This document shows, one piece after another, positions 6,050 to 14,172 of a DNA stretch of 14,172 nt (its first letter is position 1; every line of letters starts with the position of its first letter). Position numbers and translations under genes: made by a program. The notes under the pieces were generated by a model. It was not told the DNA's origin, did no database searches, and was given only the letters and a program-made list of their open reading frames with translations. Where the stretch lies: the NCBI GenBank assembly GCA_044356455.1, contig JBIKWF010000114.1:1-14172 (forward strand), in the 5' to 3' direction. This DNA is from Bdellovibrionota bacterium (lineage in GTDB: Bacteria > Bdellovibrionota_C > UBA2361 > JBGSMV01).

Positions 6050-6801
6050 AACGCACTCTCGCCCTCTTCGTATTTTTACTTCTTCCGGGTGTTGCCTTTG
6101 CGGCGGACAGTTCAGTACTTCCGGACCTTTCCATAAATATTGGTGGATCCGATCTGACATCGGATGGTTCGCTCTCTGCTTCGCTCAAGATTGTTTTTCT
6201 CATGACGGCACTCTCGTTCGTGCCGGCCATGATTCTCACGATGACAAGTTTTACCCGTATCGCGGTAGTGCTCGGCATGGTGAGAACGGCACTTGGTACC
6301 GCCTCTCTACCCCCGAACACGGTGATTACGGGACTCGCACTCTTTCTCACGATCTCTATTATGCAGCCTGTCTACACAGAAATGTATAATGAGGGGTTAA
6401 AGCCATATCTGGATGGTACGATGGGTGACAAGGAGGCCCTTGAGAAGGGGTTCGCACCTTTGAAGCGCTTCCTTGTAAAGCACTCGCGAGATAAAGACCT
6501 CGCGCTCTTCTTAGAGATTACTAAATCCCCGATTCCTGAGGATGAGAATGATGTTCCGTTTCCGGTAGCTGTACCCGCATTCATCTTGAGCGAGCTAAAA
6601 GTAGCATTTCAGATCGGCTTTCTGATCATGTTGCCCTTTCTTGTGCTCGATATGGTGGTGTCATCCGTACTGACCTCCATGAGTATGATTACTCTGCCGC
6701 CAGTCGTTATCTCAATGCCTCTTAAACTTATGTTGTTTGTGGTGGTAGATGGCTGGCATCTTATCGTCGCTTCTCTTGTTCAGACATATCATACAGGTTG
6801 A
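6046..6801 (+). CDS. fliP: Flagellar export gate protein FliP
   Basis: Signal-peptide-like N-terminus, MTSFTRIAVVL..VRTALG...PPN, VPAFILSELKVAFQIGF and PLKLMLFVVVDGW. ATGA overlap with fliO. Confidence 0.98.
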   Translation: MKRTLALFVFLLLPGVAFAADSSVLPDLSINIGGSDLTSDGSLSASLKIVFLMTALSFVPAMILTMTSFTRIAVVLGMVRTALGTASLPPNTVITGLALFLTISIMQPVYTEMYNEGLKPYLDGTMGDKEALEKGFAPLKRFLVKHSRDKDLALFLEITKSPIPEDENDVPFPVAVPAFILSELKVAFQIGFLIMLPFLVLDMVVSSVLTSMSMITLPPVVISMPLKLMLFVVVDGWHLIVASLVQTYHTG

Positions 6802-6803
6802 TT

Positions 6804-7073
6804 ATGGGTGTTGATGACTTTCTCAGATTTGGTCAAGTCGGAATAGAGACAGCCATGCTGGTATCTGCTCCAGTTCTTGTGTTGGGACTGGTGGCGGGTC
6901 TTGCCGTAAGTATCTTTCAGGCAGCGACCCAGATAAATGACTCTGCTCTCGCCTTCATTCCCAAAATTGGAGCAGCAGTTGCGGGGCTCTTAATCTTTGG
7001 CCATTTTATGGTGAACCGCATTGCTGGCTTCACTATGTGGGTCTATGGGCAGATTCCCAACGTTAGTCCTTAG
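6804..7073 (+). CDS. fliQ: Flagellar export gate protein FliQ
   Basis: SAPVLVLGLVAGLAVSIFQAATQINDSALAFIPKI. 89 aa from ATG 6804 (TTG 6798 is an alternative start). Confidence 0.97.
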   Translation: MGVDDFLRFGQVGIETAMLVSAPVLVLGLVAGLAVSIFQAATQINDSALAFIPKIGAAVAGLLIFGHFMVNRIAGFTMWVYGQIPNVSP

Positions 7074-7218
7074 CAAATCGCGACCGGAGGGAGCGATTTG
7101 GAGCGCACCGGAAGGCGACGCCGTGCACGCGGCGCTCGCAGGTGCGCGATGTTGGAAATCGGCCCGGATGGCCGATTTCCTTCAGTAATCTCGCGGACTC
7201 GAAGGGATCCCGTGAGAT
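7074..7218. repeat. Array of four consecutive stem-loops (REP-like or structured RNA element)
   Basis: Stems: CAAATCGC/GCGATTTG (7074-7100); GCGCACC/GGTGCGC with nested CGCCG/CGGCG (7103-7147); GGAAATCGGCC/GGCCGATTTCC (7154-7180); ATCTCGCGG/CCGTGAGAT (7188-7218, one G-T pair). Confidence 0.7.
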
Positions 7219-7238
7219 ATAAAGGTTAGTGGTCTGAT

Positions 7239-8060
7239 ATGAATTTTGAACTTCTCAAGATTGCAGAAGCCGCCCTTGGAAGCATGGACGTCATGTGGAC
7301 CTTGGTGCTTCTGATCGTGAGATTTACGGCGCTCATTGCGCTTCTGCCTGGAATCGGGGCTGGTATGTATGGGCTTACGATTCGGATGCCCGCCGTAATT
7401 GTCTTGGCAACGGCTTCTTGCCTCGCGGGGACTTACGCAGCGCCGCCCACCGACTGGATGACTATGGTCATTCAAGTAGTAGGGGAAACCCTTTTCGGTT
7501 TAAGTTTGGCGCTTATTCCATTGCTGATGGTGGCAGGTGTTCAGCTTGCAGGAAACTTGGCAAGCACTACCATGGGTCTTCAACCTTCACAGCTTATCGA
7601 TCCCACTGCGCAAGTTGCCCTTCCAGATGTGTCGAAGATCTTTGGTGATCTGAGCATAATGCTCTTTCTTTTCATGGGTGGCCATCACGTCATCATATAT
7701 GCGGCAGCGGGCATGGGGGGAGAGATAGTACCAGGCACCTTTATGGTCGGTGGGGCCTCGATCGATGCAATAATGGAGCAGACCCTGCTCATGTGGCGTA
7801 TGGGAGCTACCATTGCTGCTCCGGTAGTGGTGGCATTACTGCTTGCCAATTTTGTGATGGGACTTATCTCCAAGGCTGTTCCGTCAGTGAATATCTTCAT
7901 CGTCAGCTTCCCGCTGACTATAGGCGTAGGACTGTTCCTCTCGGTACTTATGGTACCTGAGCTCATGAACATAGTGGACGCTAAGGTGAGAACTCTTGAG
8001 CCTGCGGTCCATCAAGTGACCCGTGACGCAACCTCTGTCGTCATACCCCCGTCAAAGTGA
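7239..8060 (+). CDS. fliR: Flagellar export gate protein FliR
   Basis: 273 aa, very hydrophobic. GVQLAGNLASTTMGL...IDP, LFLFMGGHHVII and GLISKAVPSVNIFIVSFPLTIGVG. Located between fliQ and flhB. Confidence 0.96.
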   Translation: MNFELLKIAEAALGSMDVMWTLVLLIVRFTALIALLPGIGAGMYGLTIRMPAVIVLATASCLAGTYAAPPTDWMTMVIQVVGETLFGLSLALIPLLMVAGVQLAGNLASTTMGLQPSQLIDPTAQVALPDVSKIFGDLSIMLFLFMGGHHVIIYAAAGMGGEIVPGTFMVGGASIDAIMEQTLLMWRMGATIAAPVVVALLLANFVMGLISKAVPSVNIFIVSFPLTIGVGLFLSVLMVPELMNIVDAKVRTLEPAVHQVTRDATSVVIPPSK

Positions 8061-8143
8061 CGGACTCCTGGCGCGAGACGCACGCGCTGCTCTCTAACCT
8101 ATCGATTCGCCTGCCTCTGCGCCGCCTGCCGCGCATACTTTCT

Positions 8144-8160
8144 TTGGCATCCTCCTTGCT
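8144..8160 (+). promoter_or_regulatory. sigma54 promoter of flhB-flhA-flhF-flhG-(orf)-fliA
   Basis: TTGGCATCCTCCTTGCT gives GG(8146-47)-N10-GC(8158-59). Intergenic, about 70 bp before flhB. Confidence 0.8.
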
Positions 8161-8184
8161 TTGTTAATTCCCACGACGTGGTTT

Positions 8185-8202
8185 GTGTCAGAGCAATGAC
8201 AC
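8185..8202. promoter_or_regulatory. Palindromic FleQ-like activator site downstream of the sigma54 promoter
   Basis: GTGTCA-GAGCAA-TGACAC; the core GTCA-N6-TGAC (8187-8200) has the geometry of a FleQ box. Confidence 0.5.
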
Positions 8203-8228
8203 GGTTATCTCGTTAAGGTTTATAGCGC

Positions 8229-9323
8229 ATGTCAGAGTCATCGACTCCAGAAGAACGTACCGAAATGCCGACTGATAGGCGGATGGGAAAACTGCGCTCA
8301 GAAGGTGCGCTCTTTATCTCTCAGGACACGGTGCAGCTGGCTTCGCTCGTAGCGGGACTCTATCTGTTAATCTGGCTGTGGAACTGGCTCTATGAGGACC
8401 TGCATATCGTTCTCGTGAAGTCGTTCACTATGGCGGGGGATAGAACAGAGCTTACCGTCGCTGCACTGCATGAAGGCTTTCTCAAGCTTCTTCTTCTTAT
8501 CGCGCCGCACATTCTCCTTTTGGCGGGCGGCGTTTCAATAGTGGCAAGCCTTGCCGTGTTTCTTCAAACAGATTGGAACGTCAAAGAGAAGAAGATCAAA
8601 TTCGATTTTAACTTCCTTAACCCTATTAGCGGAATCATGAAGATCTTCTCCGTACAGGGTTTTGTAGTCACTGGAAAAGCAATCCTTAAGCTCGCCATCA
8701 TTCTCCCGATTGCCTATTACGCGCTCATGGAGAAAGCGCCGCTCATGCTTGGTCTCATGCATCTTTCTATTGAGCAGACGCTAGAATTCACCTCCGACAC
8801 GATGCTCTGGATTTTCTGGAAGATATTTAACGTGTTGTTTGTTTTTGCGGTCTTTGACTACGTGTGGGGTAAATTTCAATGGCTCAAGCAAAACAAGATG
8901 ACCAAGTCTGAGGTTAAAGACGAACGAAAATCTGTTGAAGGTGATGAAGAAACAAAGCGTAAAATTATTCACAAAGGAATGTCACGCATAGCGCTGCGTC
9001 TCAAGACGTCCGTTCCTAAGGCGCATGTAATTGTGACGAATCCTACGCACATCTCAATAGCGCTCAGATATGACCGAGCCTCAGATGCGGCGCCGGTAGT
9101 GGTTGCCAAGGGGAAAGGGTTTATGGCCCTCAGAATCCGAGAAATCGCTCGAGAGCACGGCATCCCGATCGTTGAGCGTAAGCCGGTTGCACGCGCGCTC
9201 TTCGAATCAACTGAGGTAGGAGCCATTATCCCACGCGAGATGTTTCGCGCGGTGGCTGAAATCCTAGCCTACGTATATCGATTAAAAAATCCCTACGCGC
9301 AGCGTGCGCAGCAGGCATCGTAG
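8229..9323 (+). CDS. flhB: Flagellar export switch protein FlhB
   Basis: ERTEMPTDRR, KMTKSEVKDERKSVEGD, autocleavage motif NPTH and APVVVAKGKG. Confidence 0.98.
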   Translation: MSESSTPEERTEMPTDRRMGKLRSEGALFISQDTVQLASLVAGLYLLIWLWNWLYEDLHIVLVKSFTMAGDRTELTVAALHEGFLKLLLLIAPHILLLAGGVSIVASLAVFLQTDWNVKEKKIKFDFNFLNPISGIMKIFSVQGFVVTGKAILKLAIILPIAYYALMEKAPLMLGLMHLSIEQTLEFTSDTMLWIFWKIFNVLFVFAVFDYVWGKFQWLKQNKMTKSEVKDERKSVEGDEETKRKIIHKGMSRIALRLKTSVPKAHVIVTNPTHISIALRYDRASDAAPVVVAKGKGFMALRIREIAREHGIPIVERKPVARALFESTEVGAIIPREMFRAVAEILAYVYRLKNPYAQRAQQAS

Positions 9324-9351
9324 TAGAGAAGGGAACTGGTAACGAGGAACT

Positions 9352-11433
9352 ATGGCAGGAGCAGAGGGCGTAAAGGTAAGCAAGCTTAAGAATACGCTTG
9401 CGATCCCGATAGCGATCATCGGGATCCTTGTCATATTGATCTTCCCGATCCCAACGTGGCTGCTCGACGTTCTGCTCGCGCTCAATTTTACTATTTCTCT
9501 CGTGGTGCTGTTTGCTTCACTGTATGTGGAGCGCCCCCTAAAATTCTCGTCATTTCCTGCAATTCTACTTATTACGACCATGTTCCGCCTTGGTATGAAC
9601 GTGGCCTCAACACGTCTTGTACTTCTCAACGCCGAAAGTGGTCTTGCAGCAGCGGGAGAGGTAATTCGAGCGTTCGGTGAGTTCGTGGTAGGCGGTAACT
9701 ACGTCATCGGTGTGGTTATCTACATTGTAATATCGATCGTAAACCTCAAAGTTATTACGAAAGGTTCTGGTCGTATTTCTGAGGTAGCAGCACGATTCAC
9801 CCTTGATGCCATGCCTGGTAAGCAAATGGCTATCGACTCTGACCTCAACACCGGTCTTATTAACGAGTCAGAAGCAAAAATTCGCCGCAAAGAACTTCAG
9901 CAAGAGGCGGAGTTCTACGGAGCGATGGACGGTGCCGCCAAGTTCGTAAGTGGAGACGCCACTGCCGGACTTTTCATCACGGCCATCAATATTATCGGTG
10001 GTTTGTTCATCGGTGTCATTCAGCATGACATGGAGTGGCTTGAGGCTGCGGGTATCTTTACCATTCTTACGATTGGTGATGGACTGGTTGCGCAGATCCC
10101 TTCGATTATGATCTCCTTGGCGTCAGGTCTTATTGTGGCGCGCGCGGGTTCGGGAGATGACCTTGGAACTGAGATCTTTGGTCAGCTCGGCTCCTCAGAG
10201 AAGCCGCTCTACTTAACCGCGGCAGTGTGCGGCGGATTCGCTATCTTGCCCGGCTTGCCCGCTCTTCCGTTCATATTTCTGGGTCTTACTGCCGTGGGAT
10301 TAGCCCATATGAGAAAAGTGCAGGTCAAAGCAGTAGAGGCTAAGGTTGTCGCAGATGAAAAAGCTCTGCCAGATCCGAAGCTTCCTAAGCCCGGGAGCAC
10401 CGAGGAGGTTACGGGACTTCTCGGCATGGACCTTCTTGAGCTTGAAGTGGGCTATGAGCTTGTCTCATTGGTGGAAGGTGGTGAGCTTGTCGAGCGCATT
10501 CGGTCGGTAAGGCGCCAGTTTGCTACTGATTACGGGCTCGTGGTGCCGCCTATTCACATTCGAGACAATGTGCGCATTAAGCCAGGTGAATACCGCTTGA
10601 TGCTCAAGGGAGCACTGATCGGCTCAGGAGAACTTAAAGCGCACCATCTTCTCGCCATGGATCCAGGGAACGCGTCTGCTCCCATGGAAGGAATTCCCAC
10701 CAAGGAGCCCGCCTTTGGCCTTGATGCAAAGTGGATACCTGGACACGAGCGTGAGCGTGCGCAGTTCTCTGGCTACACGGTCGTCGATCACCCAACCGTC
10801 ATTACCACGCACTTAACGGAGATGCTCCGCAGCAATCTGCATGAACTTCTTGGACGTCAAGAAACCCAGCATCTCCTCGACAACGTCGCGAAGCTTGCGC
10901 CTAAGGTAGTAGAGGAACTTGTACCAGGACTCCTCACCGTAGGGCAGGTGCAGCGAGTGCTTGCGCAGTTACTAAAAGAGCAGGTGAGCATTAGAGATCT
11001 ACGCACTATTCTCGAAGTGATTGCGGATTGGGCACCGTCAGTAAAACACCCAGAAAAGTTGGCTGAGTTCGTGCGCCGCAAGCTTTCGCGTTCAATTACT
11101 GCAAAGTACGTAAATGCAGAGGGGATTTTGCCTTTGGCGAGTCTTACCCCCTCCTTAGAGAAGGCACTGAGCGAAGCTGTTCAGCAAACGGATGAGGGGT
11201 CCTTCCTTGCACTAGAACCAGGCGCCGCCCAGGTGCTCATTAACAAGTTTACTAAGGTCGCGGAGAAGTTCATGGAGCTTGGCTCGACTCCGCTGTTTCT
11301 TGCGCCTTCGCATCTAAGAGCCGCATTGGCGCACTTTGTCGATCGCTTTGTCCCGGGCGTACGCGTCATTAGTCACCAAGAAATTGCGCCAAATACGCGC
11401 GTGCAATCACTCGGGGTAATTTCATATGAGTAG
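9352..11433 (+). CDS. flhA: Flagellar export ATPase-platform protein FlhA
   Basis: 693 aa. FHIPEP motif EVAARFTLDAMPGKQMAIDSDL, EFYGAMDGAAKFV, TIGDGLVAQIP and EPAFGLDAKWI. Confidence 0.99.
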   Translation: MAGAEGVKVSKLKNTLAIPIAIIGILVILIFPIPTWLLDVLLALNFTISLVVLFASLYVERPLKFSSFPAILLITTMFRLGMNVASTRLVLLNAESGLAAAGEVIRAFGEFVVGGNYVIGVVIYIVISIVNLKVITKGSGRISEVAARFTLDAMPGKQMAIDSDLNTGLINESEAKIRRKELQQEAEFYGAMDGAAKFVSGDATAGLFITAINIIGGLFIGVIQHDMEWLEAAGIFTILTIGDGLVAQIPSIMISLASGLIVARAGSGDDLGTEIFGQLGSSEKPLYLTAAVCGGFAILPGLPALPFIFLGLTAVGLAHMRKVQVKAVEAKVVADEKALPDPKLPKPGSTEEVTGLLGMDLLELEVGYELVSLVEGGELVERIRSVRRQFATDYGLVVPPIHIRDNVRIKPGEYRLMLKGALIGSGELKAHHLLAMDPGNASAPMEGIPTKEPAFGLDAKWIPGHERERAQFSGYTVVDHPTVITTHLTEMLRSNLHELLGRQETQHLLDNVAKLAPKVVEELVPGLLTVGQVQRVLAQLLKEQVSIRDLRTILEVIADWAPSVKHPEKLAEFVRRKLSRSITAKYVNAEGILPLASLTPSLEKALSEAVQQTDEGSFLALEPGAAQVLINKFTKVAEKFMELGSTPLFLAPSHLRAALAHFVDRFVPGVRVISHQEIAPNTRVQSLGVISYE

Positions 11434-11440
11434 GAATCAC

Positions 11441-12436
11441 ATGGAAATAAGAACCTTTCGCGGAAAAGAGCTCGGCGCCGTCATGGGGCACGTTCGGACC
11501 ATGCTCGGAGAGGAGGCTATGATCGTGAACACGCGCTATCTCCCCGACAAATCCGTTGAAGTTGAAGTAGCTGTCGAGACGGCAGCTCCTGTGGCGAGAG
11601 CTCCTTTTGTCGCTCCGCTTGTGCGCTTAACGGATGCACGTATAGCGGACGAGCATCCCGCCGTTGATCTTTTGCGCAGTGCGGGGGTTCGTGCACCTTT
11701 GCTGCCAAGAATTGAGAGCCGACTTTCTAGCACGTTGCCCTTGAGCGAGACCTTGCCTCAAGCGCTTGCGGCTTCGCTCGCCTTTGATAGCTCGCTTGCG
11801 CCCCAGAGGCCGGGTGACCCGCGTGTGGTCGCACTCGTCGGACCAACGGGCGTCGGTAAAACCACAACCCTTGCAAAGCTAGCTGCACAGCTGCGCCTTG
11901 CCTTCGATATCAAGATTGGGTTCATTAGTGCTGACTCATTTAGAGTTGGCGCGGCTCATCAGCTGCAAAGTTATGCAACGCTACTTAAGATTCCCTGCCG
12001 CACCGTGTGCCCGCCAGGCGCGCGCCGCGTCGGCGCTGCGATGGTGGAAAGCATCGACGAAGCAATCGAAGAGTTCCGGGGCATGGATCTGATCTTGGTA
12101 GATACCGCGGGTACCAGTGCGCGGGATCGAGAGCGTCTCCAGTTGCTTCAGGAATCATTGGGAGAAGGGGAGCATATTGAGCGCGTGCTTGTGGTGCAGG
12201 CCCCTTCAAACGACCGAGACCTCGCCGATGTGGCAGAATCCTTTGCTCGTCTGCACTTTTCGCGGCTGATTGTAACGAAGATTGATGAAAGCGCGCATTT
12301 GGGGCCCGTACTTAACCTTGCGAATCAACTGAAGAAACCGCTTGCCTTTTTATGTAGCGGACAGCGGGTTCCGGAGGACATAGAACCGGCCAGTGCCGAA
12401 CGCGTGTCTTGGATGCTAACTAGCCGATTTAATTAG
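11441..12436 (+). CDS. flhF: SRP-type GTPase FlhF (alternative start 11426)
   Basis: MEIRTFRG N-terminus with AGGA upstream, G1 GPTGVGKTT, G3 DTAG, G4 TKIDE and GQRVPEDI. Confidence 0.96.
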   Translation: MEIRTFRGKELGAVMGHVRTMLGEEAMIVNTRYLPDKSVEVEVAVETAAPVARAPFVAPLVRLTDARIADEHPAVDLLRSAGVRAPLLPRIESRLSSTLPLSETLPQALAASLAFDSSLAPQRPGDPRVVALVGPTGVGKTTTLAKLAAQLRLAFDIKIGFISADSFRVGAAHQLQSYATLLKIPCRTVCPPGARRVGAAMVESIDEAIEEFRGMDLILVDTAGTSARDRERLQLLQESLGEGEHIERVLVVQAPSNDRDLADVAESFARLHFSRLIVTKIDESAHLGPVLNLANQLKKPLAFLCSGQRVPEDIEPASAERVSWMLTSRFN

Positions 12437-12476
12437 TCAAATTAAGTTCTCATAAAAATCTGAGCCATAGAGGCGT

Positions 12477-13403
12477 ATGCAGCAATCAAATAAGAGAGAT
12501 CCCGTGATCCAGGATCAGGCTGAATCACTGAGACGTACAAGGTTTATGAAACAAGCGGTTGAGCAGAAGGTTACGCGAAGTCGCGCCGCAGTAAGTCGCG
12601 TCATGAGTTTTACCAGCGGCAAAGGTGGCGTTGGTAAGACCAGCATGGTGGTAAATACCGCTGTGGCGCTCGCGCGTGCGGGAAAATCCGTTCTTATCCT
12701 CGATGCGGACTTAGGGCTTGCGAACGTAGATGTGCTGCTTGGACTAAAGCCCACCGCAACTCTTCTCGATGTATTTGAAGGCCGCGCCTCCCTTGATGAA
12801 ATCATGGTCGAAGGGCCTGAAGGAATCTCAATTATTCCGGCCGCAAGTGGTGTTGAATCTATCTGCAATCTAGACGCAGGGCGTCAGATGCTTCTTATGC
12901 AAGCGGTCGAGAACATGGCGCCGCAGTTCGATTATCTCCTTATTGATACTCAAGCCGGTATTAGTTCTGACGTCATGTACTTCAACTCAGCGGCGAGCGA
13001 AATCGTCGTGGTCATCACTGGTGAACCCACGTCACTGACTGATGCCTATGCGCTTATTAAAGTGCTCTCTCAGAACTACGGCGAACATTCCTTTTCCGTA
13101 ATTGCGAACAATGTGCGTGACGAGCGTGATGGACAGCGTGCCTTTGGGCGCCTCCATGGTGCGGTCACGCAGTTTCTTCAGGTTCAGGTGCGCTATCTTG
13201 GGTTTGTCCCGGCTGATAGCGCCATGCAGGAGGCAATACGTTCGCAGCGCTCGCTCATGGAGCTTTTCCCAAGCTCGAAAGCGGCGCTCGCGGTAGGACA
13301 GATTTCAAGACGAATTGATGAGGCGTTCCATGAGCATCGAGTGAAGGGGGGCATGCAGTTCTTCTTCAATCGATTGCTTGAGGTGAGCGCTTCTGACCGG
13401 TAG
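12477..13403 (+). CDS. flhG: MinD-like ATPase FlhG/FleN
   Basis: N-terminal DQAESLR activator motif, deviant Walker A SGKGGVGKT, DADLGLANVD and EPTSLTDAYALIK. Follows flhF. Confidence 0.96.
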   Translation: MQQSNKRDPVIQDQAESLRRTRFMKQAVEQKVTRSRAAVSRVMSFTSGKGGVGKTSMVVNTAVALARAGKSVLILDADLGLANVDVLLGLKPTATLLDVFEGRASLDEIMVEGPEGISIIPAASGVESICNLDAGRQMLLMQAVENMAPQFDYLLIDTQAGISSDVMYFNSAASEIVVVITGEPTSLTDAYALIKVLSQNYGEHSFSVIANNVRDERDGQRAFGRLHGAVTQFLQVQVRYLGFVPADSAMQEAIRSQRSLMELFPSSKAALAVGQISRRIDEAFHEHRVKGGMQFFFNRLLEVSASDR

Positions 13404-13429
13404 TCACGGAAGACGCGAAGGGAGAGAGC

Positions 13430-13660
13430 ATGGCTGCAGAAGTAAAAAAGAAAGTACGCTACGCGTACATTCATAAATTTGCTGCTGCCGTAGCACTGCT
13501 CTGTTTTGGTGTAATTGTGGCTGCCGGAATGATGGCTGAAGCCCGGTTCGTCACCATCGCGTTTAGGGCGTTTGTGGTGACCCTCGCTATTTCAGTAGTG
13601 AGCAGGGTGATCGTTAGTATTCTGGCTTCGTACGAGGAGATGAACAGTGGCAAAGCTTAA
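13430..13660 (+). CDS. Small hypothetical membrane protein (76 aa, two TM helices)
   Basis: GGAGAG RBS, basic N-terminus and two hydrophobic stretches. Fills the flhG-fliA gap and overlaps the fliA start. Confidence 0.8.
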   Translation: MAAEVKKKVRYAYIHKFAAAVALLCFGVIVAAGMMAEARFVTIAFRAFVVTLAISVVSRVIVSILASYEEMNSGKA

Positions 13661-14172
13661 GAAGTCAGCAGTTGAGGCATATAAACAAATAGACGACTAC
13701 GAGAAGGAGCAGCTCATTAAGAGTTATCTGCCGCTCGTGAAAAAGGTGGTGCACCGCCTCTCTGGCCGCTTGCCAAAGGATGTCGATATTCGCGAGATGC
13801 TTAATTCAGGAATCATCGGTCTTGTGGATGCTTTGGAGAAATATGATCCAAAGCACGAGACGAATTTTTCGACCTATGCCCAGTTCCGTATCCGCGGCGC
13901 TATTCTTGATAGCTTCCGGAGTCAGGATTGGCTTCCTCGGTCACTGCGCTTTAAGTCTCATCGAATCGAGCAAGCCTACCACCGGGTTGAGCAGAAACTT
14001 GGCCGTCCAGCCACTGACGAAGAAGTTGCGGTTGAGCTCGGAGTGAATATTGATGAGCTCCAAGCACTGCTTGGAGAAGTAGGTAGCATCGTGATGCTGA
14101 GCTTCGAGGAGCTTGGATTTGGGCACGGAGAAGAGCGTTTTAAGGCCGACGAGATGCTCGCGAGCCGCTCTG
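13647..14172 (+). CDS. fliA: RNA polymerase sigma-28 factor FliA/WhiG, 3' end truncated by the window
   Basis: Not in the ORF track because there is no stop in the window. GAGGAG RBS (13634-13639) then GTG 13647. Manual translation gives LIKSYLPLVKKVVHRL..RLP, GIIGLVDALEKYDP, FSTYAQFRIRGAILDSFRSQDWLPRSLR and LGRPATDEEVA. Confidence 0.96.
   Translation, partial: MAKLKKSAVEAYKQIDDYEKEQLIKSYLPLVKKVVHRLSGRLPKDVDIREMLNSGIIGLVDALEKYDPKHETNFSTYAQFRIRGAILDSFRSQDWLPRSLRFKSHRIEQAYHRVEQKLGRPATDEEVAVELGVNIDELQALLGEVGSIVMLSFEELGFGHGEERFKADEMLASRS

Noticed and set aside
5883..6389. Long alternative-frame and antisense ORFs over fliO/fliP, and similar ones across the cluster
   Set aside because: They overlap confidently identified flagellar genes and show no recognisable motifs.
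7154..7186. 11-bp perfect stem as an intrinsic terminator
   Set aside because: No poly-U tail on either strand. Kept only as part of the hairpin array.
7830..7847. TGGCATTACTGCTTGCC sigma54-like motif inside fliR
   Set aside because: GG-to-GC spacing is 11 nt rather than the strictly required 10.
6046..11433. Non-flagellar type III injectisome
   Set aside because: The presence of fliL, fliM, fliO, flhF, flhG, fliA and motA identifies a flagellar system.
12423..12445. GCCGATTT as a sigma28 -10 element, and an AT-rich palindrome before flhG
   Set aside because: No TAAA -35 element at the proper spacing, and the short AT palindrome is expected by chance.
13780..14126. ORF-track entries 13780-14046 (+) and 13941-14126 (-)
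   Set aside because: Shadow frames of fliA, which is read in a different frame from 13647.

Overview
Most of this window (1569-14172, + strand) is a bacterial flagellar cluster: motA/pomA, two divergent MotB-like ORFs, fliL, fliM, fliN, fliO, fliP, fliQ, fliR, flhB, flhA, flhF, flhG, a small two-TM ORF, and a partial fliA that the ORF track misses. The gene order and three sigma54 (-24/-12) promoters resemble deltaproteobacterial/Bdellovibrionota-type clusters (inference). The left 1.4 kb looks accessory. It holds the 3' end of a probable RAYT/Y1-type transposase, an orphan ORF resembling a tandem Imm74-like immunity protein, and a 109-bp MITE-like element flanked by CTAG that carries two NrdR-box-like motifs 32 bp apart. 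The most unusual signal is the stator region. An intact MotA with a Na+-type signature is followed by two translationally coupled single-TM proteins. One has the catalytic Asp and one lacks it, and neither has a recognisable peptidoglycan-binding motif, so this may be a heteromeric, non-canonical stator. The 165-bp fliQ-fliR spacer is also almost filled by four consecutive hairpins. All family calls come from motif recognition by eye; no searches were run.
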